64,000 nucleotides of DNA from Squalus acanthias. Its lineage: Eukaryota. The stretch spans positions 120,034,001 through 120,098,000 of the forward strand of contig CM059432.1 of assembly GCA_030390025.1 (NCBI GenBank). The letters are read 5' to 3'. The notes under the pieces were generated by a model, which worked only from the letters and a program-made list of their open reading frames with translations, had not been told where the DNA came from and searched no databases. The position numbers and the translations under genes are program-made. Of this stretch, positions 61,678-64,000 are shown one piece after another; position 1 is the first letter of the stretch, and each line of letters opens with the position of its first letter.

Positions 61678-64000
61678 TTGGTCTTCACTAACCTATTTAA
61701 TTGGAACAAACTGTCGACTCGAACACAATCTGTTCGCTTCATCATCTATCTTATCCTTTAATCATCTTAAACACCTCAATTAGATCATCACTTAATCTTC
61801 TATACTCGAGGGAATGTAAGCCTAGTCTATGCAGCTTGTCCTCATAATTTAACCCTTTTAGCCCAGATATCATTCTGGTGAATCTGCGCTACACCCCCTC
61901 CAAGGTCAACATGTCCTTCGTGAGGTGTGCTGCCCAGAATTGAATGCAGTACTCCAGATGCAATCTAACCAGAGCTTTATACAACTGTAGCATAACTTCC
62001 ACCCTGTGTATTCCAGCCCTCTTGAGATGTAGGCTAACAATCCATTAGCCTTTTAAATTATTTTTTGTACCTGTCCACTAGCTTTTAGTGATTTCTGTAC
62101 TTGGACCCCTAAATCTCTCTGCTCCTCCACCTTCTCACCATTTAGAAAATTCTCTGGTCTATCTTTCTTAGGTCTAAAGTGGATGACCTCACACTTCCCC
62201 ACATTGAATTCCATCTGCCACAGTTTTTCCCACTCACTTAATCTATCAAAGTCTCCTTGCAACTTTCTACTCCCATCTACACTACTTAACTGTGTCACCT
62301 ATCTTAATGTCATCAGCAAACTTCGGTATACGGCTCTCTATTCCTTCTATGTCATTGATAAATATAATAAAAAGCTGAGGCCCCAGCATAGATCCTTTGT
62401 GGACTCCATGAGTCACATCCTGCCAATTGGAGTGCATATCCATTATCCCTGCTCTCTGTCTCCTACCTTCTAACCAATTCCCTATCCAATTCCCTATCCA
62501 TGTCAAAAGGTTTCCTCCAATTCAATGCACTTTTACTTTTGCTAACAGTCTCTTGTGTGGAACGTAAGACTTGTATGGTTATATTATGTTTGATCTGGTG
62601 AAACAATCAAATAGATATTGTGTTACCTGTTTTGATTTCAGCAATCCTGCGGTCTCTTGTTTGTTGTATATATAGTAATTTAGCTTCATTCATGATCTGA
62701 TGTAAGTTGTTGAATTGGCTTTCCTAACATCTCTAAAATTTCTACAACAGTGTCTTTTTTTTGCCTGCCATTTAGTTGAGTATTCTACATTTTGTATCTC
62801 TTCAGTGTCAGTGTGTAGTCTGACACCTCTTCATTTCATCTGATATCGTTCCAGTACATGGATATAAGCCAGAGACTGTTAATGACAGTTTTGGAGGAAA
62901 ACAAGCCAAATTGTTTCTGTTTACAAGGTTCGTCAATAATATTTAGTGACAGTTAATCTGCAGCATTCGACTTTCTGCCTTCTGACTGTTTCTGTTCTCC
63001 TTGTATATGGTTTCAAGGATTTTATAAATTCCTTACTGTTTATTATGCTGCAGTGTAGTTGTAGCTTTTTATTGTTTGGTATCAATCCATGGTTGACAAA
63101 ATTCCACTGAAAGTGATGAGTTATCATCTGTTCCATCTTCTTAACAGATTTGTAGAAAACATTATTAAACTACAGGGCCGATATTCCAACTGTTAGTAAT
63201 TTTATTCTAATTTACTGCCATGTGGAAAATGGCAGTCCAGGCTTTAGTGCTACTTTGGGCCATATTAACAGCAGTTCTCATATTGTGATGTATGCTTAAC
63301 TCAGTGGTAAATGCTTTACACCAGTGAACTGAATGTAGCAATTGACCCAATTATTGGAGACCGGATCCAATTAACTCATGCCAAATGCTCCAAATTTTAA
63401 AAGGCTATCCACCAGCAGTGCTATAATTCTCAGTTGGACCAGGTTTTGTTCCTGCTGATGTGTTTAAGGTAATATGATTAAGTGCATTTGACCTTTTCAT
63501 ATTATATTATATTTTACCAGTGTATTATCCTGAATGGACATGTTGGAAATGGATTCAAGTGCAACGTTAACAAAAAGGAAATGATTCATCTCTTGCTGCT
63601 GGACAAATCAAGATATCCTTTAAATTCGTATGTTAATGACAAAAGAAAACACAGGGTAAAAAATAGTCACATGTTAATGAGCAATCTAGAAACTGTAACA
63701 GTTATCCCAATATGGATGAACAGGAAACACACTGATGATTTTTAAATCTTTGGAATATAAGATTATGAGACAGCATGGACTGAGCAAAGGCATTTGGCTT
63801 GCTTATTTTGTATAAAAGCTAGCTTATCTATGGGCTATATGGCCTAGAAATTGGTTTGTGCCTGATACACAATTTACAAGTAATACGAACGCATACTTCT
63901 TCATGGTATTCTAAGGGGGCAAAATCTGTAGCATAGATCACATGCAACAAAAACAACAACTTAGTATGTTATGGGCCCATTTTGTATCAAAACAAAGGGC

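Larger units (their letters stand above)
56290..62565 (-). mobile_element. Fragmented antisense CR1 copies (hosts of the 56401-60443 and 60785-61677 insertions)
   Basis: CR1 3' sequence at 56290-56400 continues at 60444-60784 and 61678-61730; RT remnants in ORFs 62053..62298 and 62282..62506. Confidence 0.65.

Overview
Vertebrate genomic DNA, most likely from a shark or other chondrichthyan. This is inferred from dense CR1 LINEs, a SacSINE1-like tRNA/Deu-domain SINE, and Penelope and Harbinger remnants. I recognise no host protein-coding gene; the window is largely nested transposable elements. It holds two full-length CR1 LINEs (one with a 5x76-bp CpG-rich 5' array, an intact esterase ORF1 and a single ORF2 frameshift), many CR1/L2 fragments, SINEs, Penelope ends with minimal hammerhead motifs, a solo LTR, and many PIF/Harbinger elements (transposase-only, Myb/SANT-only, and MITEs with 3-bp TSDs). 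The standout is a complete TA-flanked, TIR-bounded pogo/Tigger transposon at 27117-29525. Its uninterrupted 583-aa DD32D transposase resembles the mammalian domesticated protein Jerky (JRK) along its length, making it a candidate mobile relative of the JRK progenitor. All family assignments and homologies come from reading the sequence and from recall; no searches were run.
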